A stretch of 64,000 nucleotides of DNA from Candidatus Liptonbacteria bacterium (GCA_016186635.1 JACPLI010000020.1:3548-67547), one strand, 5' to 3'. Numbered from the stretch's first letter, positions 48,549-57,885 are shown. Notes: generated by a model not told the origin, from the sequence alone. A program made the numbers and translations.

Positions 48549-49516
48549 TGTATGACACTATTAGGGACTTTCATCGGCAATTTTCGTTTCGCCCGGAAAT
48601 TGAGAATAGGGGGCGGCTTGCGAGGAGAAAGAAAATCCTGGCGGCGGGGATGGGGGGTTCCCAGCTTGCGGCGACGCTCCTTCCGCTGTTCAGTCCGAAA
48701 CTCGACATTATCCATCATCGCGACTATGGGCTCCCGGCGGCGAACATCCGCGATCGGCTTGTGATTGCAAGCTCGTACTCGGGGAATACCGAGGAGACGT
48801 TGAGCGCGTTTCACGAAGCGCGGAGGCGGAAGGTATCGCTTCTTGCGATTGCTTCGGGCGGGAAACTCCTCGCGCGTGCGCGGCGTTTTAAAGTTCCCTG
48901 TATTGAGCTCCCCAACCTTCATATTGACCCTCGTTCGGCGCTGGGGGTAAGCACCATGGCGTTTCTTGCGGCAATCGGCGTGCGCAAAGAACTCCGCGAA
49001 GCATCGGGACTCGCGCGGACGCTTATGCCGCGTGCGCTTGAGCCGAGGGGGCAAGCGCTCGCGCGGCAGCTCAAGGGTAGCGTGCCTGTCGTGTACAGCT
49101 CGGCGCGAAATGCGCCGCTCGCGTATATTTGGAAAATTAAATTAAACGAGACAGGAAAGATTCCGGCATTCATGAACGTGCTCCCGGAGTTGAATCACAA
49201 CGAGATGAACGGCTTTGATGTGACGCCGCATACAAAAGAGCTTTGTTGCCCATTTCATTTCGTTTTTCTTGAGGATCCAGCCGACACCCCGAGAATCCAA
49301 AAAAGGATGAAGGTGCTTGCATCTCTCTACCGCAGGCGCGGATTGCCGGTGACTCCGGTTGCACTTCACGGAGAAGGGATGTTCAAGAAGGCGTTTTCTT
49401 CGGTTGTGCTCTCTGATTGGACTGCATATCACGCCGCGCTCATGTACCACAGGAATCCCGACGGCATCCCAATGGTGGAAGAATTCAAGCGGCTCATAAG
49501 GAGTAATCGGGAATAA
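48545..49516 (+). CDS. Bifunctional phosphoglucose/phosphomannose isomerase
   Basis: GMGGS, SYSGNTEET, NE..K and PELNHNE motifs. Confidence 0.92.
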   Translation: MMYDTIRDFHRQFSFRPEIENRGRLARRKKILAAGMGGSQLAATLLPLFSPKLDIIHHRDYGLPAANIRDRLVIASSYSGNTEETLSAFHEARRRKVSLLAIASGGKLLARARRFKVPCIELPNLHIDPRSALGVSTMAFLAAIGVRKELREASGLARTLMPRALEPRGQALARQLKGSVPVVYSSARNAPLAYIWKIKLNETGKIPAFMNVLPELNHNEMNGFDVTPHTKELCCPFHFVFLEDPADTPRIQKRMKVLASLYRRRGLPVTPVALHGEGMFKKAFSSVVLSDWTAYHAALMYHRNPDGIPMVEEFKRLIRSNRE

Positions 49517-49558
49517 TTGGTATCATTAGTACCCATTCGCGTATTGGCATCGTTTATT

Positions 49559-50245
49559 ATGCAAAAACTCTCTCGCTCAAAAGTCGAACTGTTCTTGGAA
49601 TGCCCTCGGTGCTTTTGGCTGGACGTGGCGAAAGGGATAAAGCGCCCGCCTCCGGCGCCCTACACCATCAACAGCGCCATCGATTATCTCTTGAAGCAGG
49701 AATTTGACGTCTACCGAAAAAAAGGGGAGCCGCATCCAATCATGGTGAAGCACGGCGTGGAGGCAATTCCCTTCGCGCATAAGGATATCGACACGTGGCG
49801 GCATAACTTTACAGGAGTGTCGCATGTGCATAAGCCTACGGGCATACACGTGTTTGGCGCAGTGGACGATGTATGGATAAATCCCAACGGAGAGCTCCAC
49901 GTGGTGGACTACAAGGCAACCGGCGCGAATCAGCACAATGTGTACGATTCGTATCAGCGGCAGATGGAAGTGTACCAGTGGCTCCTGCGCCGGAACGGGC
50001 ACGAAGTTTCGCCCACGGGCTATTTTGTCTTCGCGCGGGTGGATAAGGGGGGAGGGTTTTCAGGAAACGGCAAAGGCGGCGGCACGGCACTTTTACCATT
50101 CAATATCTTCGTGGAGTCTTATACGGGCGATGATTCGTGGGTGGAGGAGGCAATCATGCGCGCGAACGAGACACTCAAAGGCGCAGCGATTCCGAGTGCG
50201 GCGGAGGAATGCGAGTATTGCAAATACCGCGAGGCAGGAACCTAG
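49559..50245 (+). CDS. PD-(D/E)XK nuclease family protein (RecB/Cas4-like fold)
   Basis: CPRC, GAVDD, VVDYK, Q..VY and CEYC motifs. Confidence 0.85.
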   Translation: MQKLSRSKVELFLECPRCFWLDVAKGIKRPPPAPYTINSAIDYLLKQEFDVYRKKGEPHPIMVKHGVEAIPFAHKDIDTWRHNFTGVSHVHKPTGIHVFGAVDDVWINPNGELHVVDYKATGANQHNVYDSYQRQMEVYQWLLRRNGHEVSPTGYFVFARVDKGGGFSGNGKGGGTALLPFNIFVESYTGDDSWVEEAIMRANETLKGAAIPSAAEECEYCKYREAGT

Positions 50246-50295
50246 ATAACGATGTGAGAAGAATGCACCATTTTATATCCCACGTGGGATATAAA

Positions 50296-50634
50296 ATGGT
50301 GCACAAAGAACTGCGAGCGTGCGCTAAGTTGCTAATCCTTCGTTGGCGGAATGCCGCGGGACATAACGATGGAGTTTTTATGCTGGGAGACGATGAACGA
50401 CAAGCGGTAACAACGGTAGTTTTCTCTTCTGATGATGCGCAGTACAGACTCATAAAAGTTTTACTTGTTGGGCTTAGGTTGCAACCGAACCAGCTCCAGC
50501 AAGTCGAAAATCTTTTGAGCTCGGTTGCGCCCCACGCGGTGAAAAAGGCAAAGGAGGAGATACAACAAGGACACAAACTGACTCCGCCGGCTTTGTTGGA
50601 TGAGGACGACGCGGCGCTGGAAACGGATGATTAG
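50296..50634 (+). CDS. Hypothetical protein
   Basis: Intergenic ORF, start uncertain. Confidence 0.45.
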   Translation: MVHKELRACAKLLILRWRNAAGHNDGVFMLGDDERQAVTTVVFSSDDAQYRLIKVLLVGLRLQPNQLQQVENLLSSVAPHAVKKAKEEIQQGHKLTPPALLDEDDAALETDD

Positions 50635-50707
50635 TTCGGACTTTCGTGCCCTGCGTTGCAATTTTGCGCGCAGGGCACAGTCATTTTTATCGGCGTATAA
50701 TGAAATT

Positions 50708-51154
50708 ATGTTTGAGTTCCGAAAGCCGAAAGTGTTTCACTGGACGAACCACGCCCGAGGGAAGATGCGGTATTATAAACTCTCCGAACAGCGGGTGCGG
50801 CGGGTGCTTCACTCGCCGAAGCGCGTGGAGGAGGGAATTGCGCCGAAGACGGTGGCTTTCATGCAACCATCATCAGTAAGTAGCAAGTGGCAAGTAGTAA
50901 GTGGTAAGGAACAACCGAAGAAGCAAGAAACATGGAGGCAGGAAATTTGGGTGATGATTCAGGATACGAGGAGTACGCGAAAGATTATCAGCGCATGGCG
51001 GTACCCGGGCATGACGAAGCCGGGGGCATCGCTCCCTGATGCAATTTTGCGGGAAGTGCGCGAGGGAGCGGTGGCATTGAGCGAGGAGAATCTTGCCGCC
51101 CGCGAAAAAATGTCCGGAATGCTTAAAAAATGGCGCCGGACACTGCGAGGGTAG
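50708..51154 (+). CDS. DUF4258-like small protein with a heptamer-repeat insert
   Basis: WT.HA..KM, EIWVM and IISAWRYPG motifs; SSKWQVVSGK insert. Confidence 0.7.
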   Translation: MFEFRKPKVFHWTNHARGKMRYYKLSEQRVRRVLHSPKRVEEGIAPKTVAFMQPSSVSSKWQVVSGKEQPKKQETWRQEIWVMIQDTRSTRKIISAWRYPGMTKPGASLPDAILREVREGAVALSEENLAAREKMSGMLKKWRRTLRG

Positions 51155-51208
51155 TATTTTGCCGTTTAAAGCATAATTCATTATTCTTAATTCATAATTC
51201 TTTCTCGC

Positions 51209-51652
51209 ATGATTCTTACTACCCCTGCATTCAAAAACGGAGAGCCTATTCCAAAAAAATTTACCTGTGAAGGAGGGGATATAAATCCTGGGCTTCGGAT
51301 AGAAAACATGCCGCAGGGTGTGAAGAGTCTGGCATTGATTATGGAAGACCCCGATGCCCCCGGGGCGACGTTCGTGCATTGGATTGTATGGAATATTGAC
51401 CCTGCCGCGGCGTTCGTGAAGGAAGAAAGCAAACCGTCGCGGAGTATTGAGGGAACGAATTCCGCCGCAAAAATCGGTTACACGGGACCATGCCCCCCGC
51501 CCGGAAAGCCCCACCATTATTTTTTCAAAGTGTATGCGCTTGATGCGGATATGGACCTTATGCCCGGTGCAACGCGGCAGGAATTTGAGGAGGCGCTCGC
51601 GGGGCACGTGCTTGCGGAGGCGGAGTTGATGGGGACATACGCCCGCGAATAG
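51209..51652 (+). CDS. YbhB/YbcL (PEBP) family protein
   Basis: DPDAP..F.HW, GPCPP and H.Y.F..YALD motifs. Confidence 0.95.
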   Translation: MILTTPAFKNGEPIPKKFTCEGGDINPGLRIENMPQGVKSLALIMEDPDAPGATFVHWIVWNIDPAAAFVKEESKPSRSIEGTNSAAKIGYTGPCPPPGKPHHYFFKVYALDADMDLMPGATRQEFEEALAGHVLAEAELMGTYARE

Positions 51653-51729
51653 CGAGGAGCAAAGGGCAAATAGCTGATTGGAAAGGGGGTTGCTTGACGG
51701 GTATCCGATTGGGCTTTACACTGGATGCG

Positions 51730-52033
51730 TATTGAAAATCATAATGTCCGTCGGGGTCCCTTGCAGGAATGTGAGGGGTTGGGCCTCGGCAGTTCCGGGC
51801 AACTGGAGCGCGGATGATTCTTGCGAGAGTGAGAATCCGGCATCCCCCGTAATCATGGGATAACCAATGTCGTCCTGAGTTTGCCGAAGGACGGAGTTGG
51901 TGAGAAGCCCGAAGAAGCATAGGTGGAGCCCGCCTTCGCTAAAGCTTCGGCGGGCGAAGTAAGGTGGCACCGTGGGAATGAATCCCGCCCTTATTGTCTG
52001 ACGCAGTTGTCAGACCATGAGGACGGTTTTTTT
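51730..52033 (+). promoter_or_regulatory. T-box riboswitch
   Basis: Antiterminator AAGG-TGGCACC-GTGGGA/TCCCGC-CCTT (51961-51992), overlapping terminator ending in a T run, promoter TTGACG-17-TACACT. Confidence 0.8.
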
Positions 52034-52093
52034 GTTATACAAAATTCCCGAATGGATTTCATTGGCCCTTAACAAATCTTAAAAAAGATATTC

Positions 52094-52309
52094 ATGAAAG
52101 CAACTCACAGAACCTTCTTCTGCCCGGAATGCCGCTATTTCAGTACGCTGGCACTTCCGAAAGCCACTCGGAGTTGCCTCCGATGCGGGCATTCTCTCAT
52201 TCCTCCCTATACGGAAGAGGATTTTGGGGATACGAGCGATGTTCCCAACTGGCTTCGCATTCATACAACACGCTACTTTAGCCTGCCGCCCAAGGCGAAA
52301 CCGAAATAG
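52094..52309 (+). CDS. Small zinc-ribbon orphan protein
   Basis: CPEC and CLRCG motifs; terminator at 52325-52353. Confidence 0.6.
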   Translation: MKATHRTFFCPECRYFSTLALPKATRSCLRCGHSLIPPYTEEDFGDTSDVPNWLRIHTTRYFSLPPKAKPK

Positions 52310-52387
52310 CGGCAATCTAAGCAAGGCGCTCTCCGCAAGGGAGCGCCCCTTTTATTTCAGGAGTTTACGAGGCTGTGGATAACCGGC

Positions 52388-52626
52388 TTGACACGGATGA
52401 GGAAGGGGAATATTCTCTACCGGTAGCCATGTCAAAGATTTCAGCCGTGCAAAATAATCACAAGCTTTATACGCCCTCGTTCGGCGCGTGGGATTTTTGC
52501 TTTAGTTTCAGCTTTATCTTTAGCAAGCCTCGCGAGGGGGTAACTGGAAATGTATGACTGTGGAATAGATATTGTTCCAAAGTAACCAGTGAAAACCTCC
52601 TCGCACCGCGAGGAGGTTTTGTTTTT
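52388..52626 (+). promoter_or_regulatory. Promoter plus Phe-rich leader-peptide attenuator 1 (leader 52429-52557)
   Basis: TTGACA-17-TATTCT; WDFCFSFSFIF; terminator 52592-52620 with antiterminator GCGAGGGGGT. Confidence 0.75.
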
Positions 52627-52823
52627 TGGGAGTCCCTCATCTTATCCGCTGTTTTATGAAAACGGCAGGAAAACAGCAGATAAGATGAGTGTCTCCGATG
52701 GATACCGGAACCATCTGCGGCATTCAGCTAGGTAGTAAGTAAGTGAAAAGTGTTAAGTGATAAGTTAGCAAAAGGTTATTGTATTAAAACGTCGCGATTG
52801 CGCATAGCAATTAAGAAAATCGC

Positions 52824-53513
52824 ATGAAAATAGGAGTTTTGGGAGGTACCAGTCCACTGGTAAGTATTCAGTTGCAGAGGCTGATTGCGGAGTCTACTCC
52901 TGCGAGAAAGGACGAAGACCATTTGGAGGTGGTGTGCTACACCAATCCAAAGGTTCCCGATTGCGCCGACGGGCCCGAGAGCGACCGGGACGCGACGGAG
53001 CATCATGAAGCACTCGTGACTTCCGCGCAGCTTTTGGTGCGGGCGGGCGTTTCCATGATTGCGATACCGTGCAACCGGGCGCATATGCGTATTACGGACA
53101 TTCAAGGGCGTGTTCCGGTGCCGGTCATGAATATGGTGGAGCTTGCGGTGCGCCGGGTTGTTGAGGAGCATGGCAAAGCCCACGTAGGTCTTATTGCCGC
53201 GGGACCGGTGGTTACCGGCAAGATATATGAACGTACGCTGCCCGATTCAGGAGTGCATTGGATATTGCCCGACGCGCGGGGGCAGGAAGCGGTGGCGAAA
53301 GCCGTGCAGGCGGTCAAGGCGAATGCGGACGTGGACGGCAGCGCGGTGGTGAAGGTCGCAAAACAACTCATCGAGAACGGCGCGAAAGTGCTCGTCGTGG
53401 GTTGCACGAAGCTTTCCATGCTTACGGAAGATATCGAGAAACTGGGGAAGCCGGTAATTGACCCCATGCGCGTGCTTGCGGAGCACCTTGTGGACCAGGC
53501 GAGAGTAGTGTGA
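52824..53513 (+). CDS. Asp/Glu racemase family protein
   Basis: IGVLGG..P, IPCN.AH, GCT and IDP motifs. Confidence 0.9.
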   Translation: MKIGVLGGTSPLVSIQLQRLIAESTPARKDEDHLEVVCYTNPKVPDCADGPESDRDATEHHEALVTSAQLLVRAGVSMIAIPCNRAHMRITDIQGRVPVPVMNMVELAVRRVVEEHGKAHVGLIAAGPVVTGKIYERTLPDSGVHWILPDARGQEAVAKAVQAVKANADVDGSAVVKVAKQLIENGAKVLVVGCTKLSMLTEDIEKLGKPVIDPMRVLAEHLVDQARVV

Positions 53514-53556
53514 AGTAAAAGCGGCGAGGAATCTCGGTTCCTCGCCACTTTCCGTC

Positions 53557-53702
53557 TCGGGTATTGATTTCAGGCGAGGCGCCCCGCATGAAATCAGTAT
53601 CGGAGGAAACCATGTTGTGTGGACGTGGCCGATGCTGAAGCTCTTTGACTTCTTAAAAAACGTGCGAAGTGAAAGAGTTGATTAATGCAGCAACGTTGGG
53701 AG
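53557..53702 (+). repeat. Duplicated structured element, copy 1
   Basis: Near-identical to 57674-57821. Confidence 0.9.
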
Positions 53703-53708
53703 ATACAT

Positions 53709-54380
53709 ATGCTAAAAAGTTTTTTGGAGTTTGACCCTATGAAATGGACGGCGGAGACGAAGAAAGATGTTGTGAAGTCTCCGATGGTGAAGAAGGTAGT
53801 GTCGTTTGCGCTTGGGCCGAACGGCACTAATATTGCCCAGGCGGCGGGGCGCTGGCACGAAGAAATGGGAATTTCCGCTAAGGCGGAAATCAAGCTTTGT
53901 GATTTGCCGGAATCGGCGGTGCGGGAAAATTTGGCATTGCACGAAGATGGAGCTTTGGGGGTGTTCTGGACGTGCGCCGTGTTCAAGCGCCTGAATGAGG
54001 TGTTTTTTGATAACCCTGGGACATTCCCGTTTTTTTTCCAGTACGATATGCTTTTGGATGAGATGCAGCTTGCTGCTATCTCACGGGAGTGTTCGAAAAT
54101 TGATAATCCGGCGTCCATGACGATTGCTACACATGTGTCGCCAGCTCCTTTGGTGGTAGAGCTTGTGGCCGCTCACGCTCGGGTTGTGGATGCAAGCAGT
54201 AACGCCGAAGCCGCCCGTAAGTGCGAGGCGGGGGAAGTGACGGCGTGCATAACGACCGAGACTGCAAGACTTATGCAGCATCTTGTCACACTACACCGTT
54301 TCGGCTCCCCTCTCATGGTTTTCTTTGGTGGAATCACAGAGAGTGGACTTGCCTTGCTGACTTTGGCTGACGGACGCTAG
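53709..54380 (+). CDS. Stand-alone prephenate dehydratase-fold protein, BacA-like prephenate decarboxylase candidate
   Basis: ALGPNGTN, ATH.SP, SSNAEAARK and IT.E.AR motifs; no TRF motif or ACT domain. Confidence 0.65.
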   Translation: MLKSFLEFDPMKWTAETKKDVVKSPMVKKVVSFALGPNGTNIAQAAGRWHEEMGISAKAEIKLCDLPESAVRENLALHEDGALGVFWTCAVFKRLNEVFFDNPGTFPFFFQYDMLLDEMQLAAISRECSKIDNPASMTIATHVSPAPLVVELVAAHARVVDASSNAEAARKCEAGEVTACITTETARLMQHLVTLHRFGSPLMVFFGGITESGLALLTLADGR

Positions 54381-54440
54381 GACGTCACTCCGGCACTCAA
54401 CTCTTAAGTGGATGCATCAGCATTCCACAAGCAATTTCAA

Positions 54441-54478
54441 TCCCCGTTGCGGCAACGCAGCGGGGGCCTTCTTTTTTT
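54441..54478 (+). terminator. Intrinsic terminator
   Basis: CCCCGTTGCG-GCAA-CGCAGCGGGG followed by a T run. Confidence 0.7.
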
Positions 54479-54511
54479 GGTTTCTTGAGTTATGCTTGAA
54501 AATAGAATGGC

Positions 54512-56047
54512 ATGAAGAAAGCGCAATCAAAATTTACGCAGGCAGTTATCGGCGCCAAGGGGAATATGGGCCGCTTTTTGGCGCAACACTTGGTTGCGCT
54601 CGCGCCGGTTATAGAAATAGATGCGGACAGCAGCGCTGCCGCGTGGAGAAAAGCCTGGAAAGCGGATGTGATATGGCTTTCTATTCCGCGGGAAGCAATT
54701 GATTCGACGTTTCGGGGGAAGAAACTCAACAAAAACCAGCTTGTTGTCGATATTTGCTCTGTTAAAAGCGATGTGGGGAGAATTATCGGGGAGAGCGGCG
54801 CCACTCACCTTTCCCTGCATCCGTTGCATGGTCCGAAGGTTCCTTTAATAGGACAGCGTTGGGCGGTAATACAAACCTCTTCGCATGGCGAGCAGCATCC
54901 TCTGGGGCGCGTAACGCTCGATTTTTTCAGAAAGCAAGGAGTGGCCTTTTTGCCGCCGGTCCCGCATGACCAGCACGATTTTATGATGGGAGTTACTTTG
55001 AGTATTCCGGAAGTTCTCACTGTCGTTTTAGACAGAGTTATCGGTAGTTATGCAAAACGTTCGGGGAAGCCTGTTCCTTCTCAAGAAGAACTGATGCGGT
55101 GGGCAGTGCCTGCTTCGAACGCCATTTTCGGCGCGTACGTGCATATCGTGAACAGCACGCCGGAGTGGCTGCGGTATGAGATTGTGAAGCAGGCTCCGCA
55201 TGATGTCTTGGGCGCCATTCGTGATGCTTGTCGGGGGATTGAAGAACTTTCTTTAGGCGATGTGGAAAAGGAGGTTGCGGAGCAGGCACAAAGCGTGCAT
55301 CAGATTTCTCCCGCAGAGCAGGACCGTATCCGCCGGTGGATTAACCAGTGGTTTGTGGACTCGACCAAGACATTCTTTAAAACCGCGAAAGAGAGCCGTG
55401 TGAAACCGGCATTAAACATCCAATGGATGGAGAAGAAGGAAGCAATCTTTCCGCGTTCCAAGAAATCCCTTACCGTGGGGATTCACGGAATAGACGGTTG
55501 TTTCACGCACGAGGCGTTGCTGCGCTTTCTTGAAGAAAACGGAATTTCCGAACACCGCGTGGCGCCGAAGTTCCTTGTGACCGCAGAGAATGTGCTTGAA
55601 GCGGTTACTTCCGGTAAAACGGACTTGGGGATATTTGCAATCGCGAATTCCGGTTCGGGCGCTTACGTTTCGAGCATGGCGCCGATCGCAAAACATACGT
55701 TCAAAGTGCAGGCAGTGATGGGTATGGAAATTATGCAGTGTCTTTTGGCGCACAAGTCGGTGAAAAGCGTGGATGGCATCAAGGAAGTGTTTGGTCATCC
55801 GCAGGCGGTGAGCCAGTGCAAGCGGACGCTTGAAGAAAGTTATCCGCGGCTCAAAGTTGTTGCCGGAAAAGACAGCGACGACACGGCGCTTTGCGCGAAG
55901 TGGATTGCCGAAGGGATTCTGCCGAGAACCACCGCGACCCTCGCCTCGCAGATAGCCGCGAGGCGCTACGGGCTGAATATCATTTCCTACAACATGCACC
56001 ACGACCCGTTCAATACGACGACGTTTCTTCTCGTATCAAGGAAGTAG
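54512..56047 (+). CDS. Prephenate dehydrogenase - prephenate dehydratase fusion
   Basis: N-terminal IGAKGNMG, DICSVK, HPLHGP and HD..M; C-terminal G..G.F.HEA, NS..G, HPQA..QC and N.TTF. Confidence 0.85.
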   Translation: MKKAQSKFTQAVIGAKGNMGRFLAQHLVALAPVIEIDADSSAAAWRKAWKADVIWLSIPREAIDSTFRGKKLNKNQLVVDICSVKSDVGRIIGESGATHLSLHPLHGPKVPLIGQRWAVIQTSSHGEQHPLGRVTLDFFRKQGVAFLPPVPHDQHDFMMGVTLSIPEVLTVVLDRVIGSYAKRSGKPVPSQEELMRWAVPASNAIFGAYVHIVNSTPEWLRYEIVKQAPHDVLGAIRDACRGIEELSLGDVEKEVAEQAQSVHQISPAEQDRIRRWINQWFVDSTKTFFKTAKESRVKPALNIQWMEKKEAIFPRSKKSLTVGIHGIDGCFTHEALLRFLEENGISEHRVAPKFLVTAENVLEAVTSGKTDLGIFAIANSGSGAYVSSMAPIAKHTFKVQAVMGMEIMQCLLAHKSVKSVDGIKEVFGHPQAVSQCKRTLEESYPRLKVVAGKDSDDTALCAKWIAEGILPRTTATLASQIAARRYGLNIISYNMHHDPFNTTTFLLVSRK

Positions 56048-56189
56048 TTGATTCCCATTGGCGGGTGCGGTAGGGTGGTAGGGCTTGTCTAGAAAGACGG
56101 GCTTTCCTTAACAATTTTAATGACGATGTTCGAAGCGCATGGCAGCGTCGGCGAGCGTCGTTCCACAACCAAAATGAGTGAAGGTACTT

Positions 56190-57380
56190 ATGAGAAAATC
56201 ACGATTGTCAGTCGGTGCGGATTTATTTGTCAGAATAAAGTCTGCAATTGCGGCGGCGGAAGCGTCGGGCAGGAAGTTGATTCCGCTTGCCGTCGGGCAA
56301 CCGACAGGAGCGGCATTCCTTGAAGCGAGACGAGCCGCCGCCGTGGCAGTTATGAGCGAGGCGGAAGCGATGCATCAGTATCAAGACGTATGGAGTCCCG
56401 GGGTGCCGAACTTTGCCGAGCGGTTCGTGCAGACGCATGTGAAGACGAAACTTGCGAGGCAAAGCGTGGACTTTCTGCCGATACCGGGAATTAAGTCGAT
56501 CTTGAAAACGGTCATCATCGCGTCGCGCTGTTCCAGTGAGCGACTCAAGGTCCGGACGATGACGGCTCCGGGCTACGGCGTTCCTGCCACGTGGTGCAAG
56601 GGGCACTTCCGCGATTTCATCACCCATACGGAAGTGTCGCTTAACCCGAGGAATCGCTTCTTATTTGATCCAAGCTTCGACCTTGAGAATCTAACGCACG
56701 GCTTGCTCATGCTGAATTACCCACACGCGCCATCCGGACAGATTGCGAGTCAGGAGTGGCTCTGGCGTGTGTGCAGATTTTGCGAGGCGCAGAACATTCG
56801 CATCTTCAACGATGCGGCATACACGGCGCTTGTGCACGCCCCCAAAAATCATTCAACGCTCACCGACGTTGCAGTTGAGTTTCCTAATCTGTCTTGGGCG
56901 GAAGCATTTTCCGCGTCAAAGGCACTGGGAAACACCACGGGGTGGCGTATCGGCGCGGTTGCGGGGTCACCCGATTTTGTGGACGATGTGCGGACTGTCA
57001 AATCAAGCGATGATGCCGGGTTCGTAGCGTTTGCTGCGGCGGGAGTCATTGAAGGGTTTGAGAAGTATGCGCATCTGATTGAGGCGAACCGCAAAGTCTA
57101 TGCTCGACGACTGCGACTACTCATTAAGTGTCTTCGGTCGAAAGGCATGCGGCTTGCAGTTCAACCGAAAGCAGGCTTCTTCACGCTTTGGCTCACGCCA
57201 AAGCGGGCATTCGGTCGGGACATCGCATCGGCAGAGGACTTCAACTTCCTCATGCTTCAACGCACACGCATCTTTGGGGTGCATTTCCCTCCCTATCTCC
57301 GCTATGCGGTGGTAGGGGACGTGGAAGCGGCGCTCCCCGAGATTGGCGCCGCATTCGAAGCGGCGAAAGTCGCTTATTAA
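56190..57380 (+). CDS. PLP-dependent class I/II aminotransferase
   Basis: NYP..P.G, DAAY and SASK..GWRIG motifs. Confidence 0.9.
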   Translation: MRKSRLSVGADLFVRIKSAIAAAEASGRKLIPLAVGQPTGAAFLEARRAAAVAVMSEAEAMHQYQDVWSPGVPNFAERFVQTHVKTKLARQSVDFLPIPGIKSILKTVIIASRCSSERLKVRTMTAPGYGVPATWCKGHFRDFITHTEVSLNPRNRFLFDPSFDLENLTHGLLMLNYPHAPSGQIASQEWLWRVCRFCEAQNIRIFNDAAYTALVHAPKNHSTLTDVAVEFPNLSWAEAFSASKALGNTTGWRIGAVAGSPDFVDDVRTVKSSDDAGFVAFAAAGVIEGFEKYAHLIEANRKVYARRLRLLIKCLRSKGMRLAVQPKAGFFTLWLTPKRAFGRDIASAEDFNFLMLQRTRIFGVHFPPYLRYAVVGDVEAALPEIGAAFEAAKVAY

Positions 57381-57449
57381 TCAGCTTTATCATGCAGGCG
57401 GACGGGTTTCCTCGTCCGCCTGCTTGTATTTTTGGGATCCTATCTCTAC

Positions 57450-57669
57450 TTGACAAGGTTTTTAAAGGAGAATAATCTGAATGTAATATGATGTGCAGAG
57501 TGCAAAATTTAGCGTGCATCGTCCCATTCTCCCCATCGTTCGCGGCGGCTTTTTGGTTTACATTTTATGGATTTACCACCAAGGAGGCGGGAGAAAAAGC
57601 CACACTGTAAGGAATCAGACTGAAACACAAATAGAAATTTCTCCAAGCCTCCTCCAAAAGGAGGCTTTT
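57450..57669 (+). promoter_or_regulatory. Promoter plus aromatic-rich leader-peptide attenuator 2 (leader 57488-57610)
   Basis: TTGACA-17-TAATCT; FWFTFYGF; terminator AAGCCTCCT/AGGAGGCTT with antiterminator AAGGAGGC. Confidence 0.75.
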
Positions 57670-57673
57670 CGTT

Positions 57674-57821
57674 TCGGGTATTGATTTCAGGCGAGCCGCC
57701 TCGCATGAAATCAGTATCGGAGGAAACCATGTTGTGTGGACATGGCCGATGCTGAAGCTCTTTAACTTCTTAAAAAACGTGCGAAGTGAAAGAGTTGAAA
57801 GAAATGCAGCAACGTTGGGAG
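57674..57821 (+). repeat. Duplicated structured element, copy 2
   Basis: Near-identical to 53557-53702. Confidence 0.9.
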
Positions 57822-57885
57822 CATAGTTTGTTATGTTATGTTTTTTTCTTCTGGCGGTGGAAATCCGCTTGGGAAGGAGATTGCG

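Noticed and set aside
49559-50245. Cas4
   Set aside because: Stand-alone PD-(D/E)XK nuclease among housekeeping genes, with no array or other cas genes.
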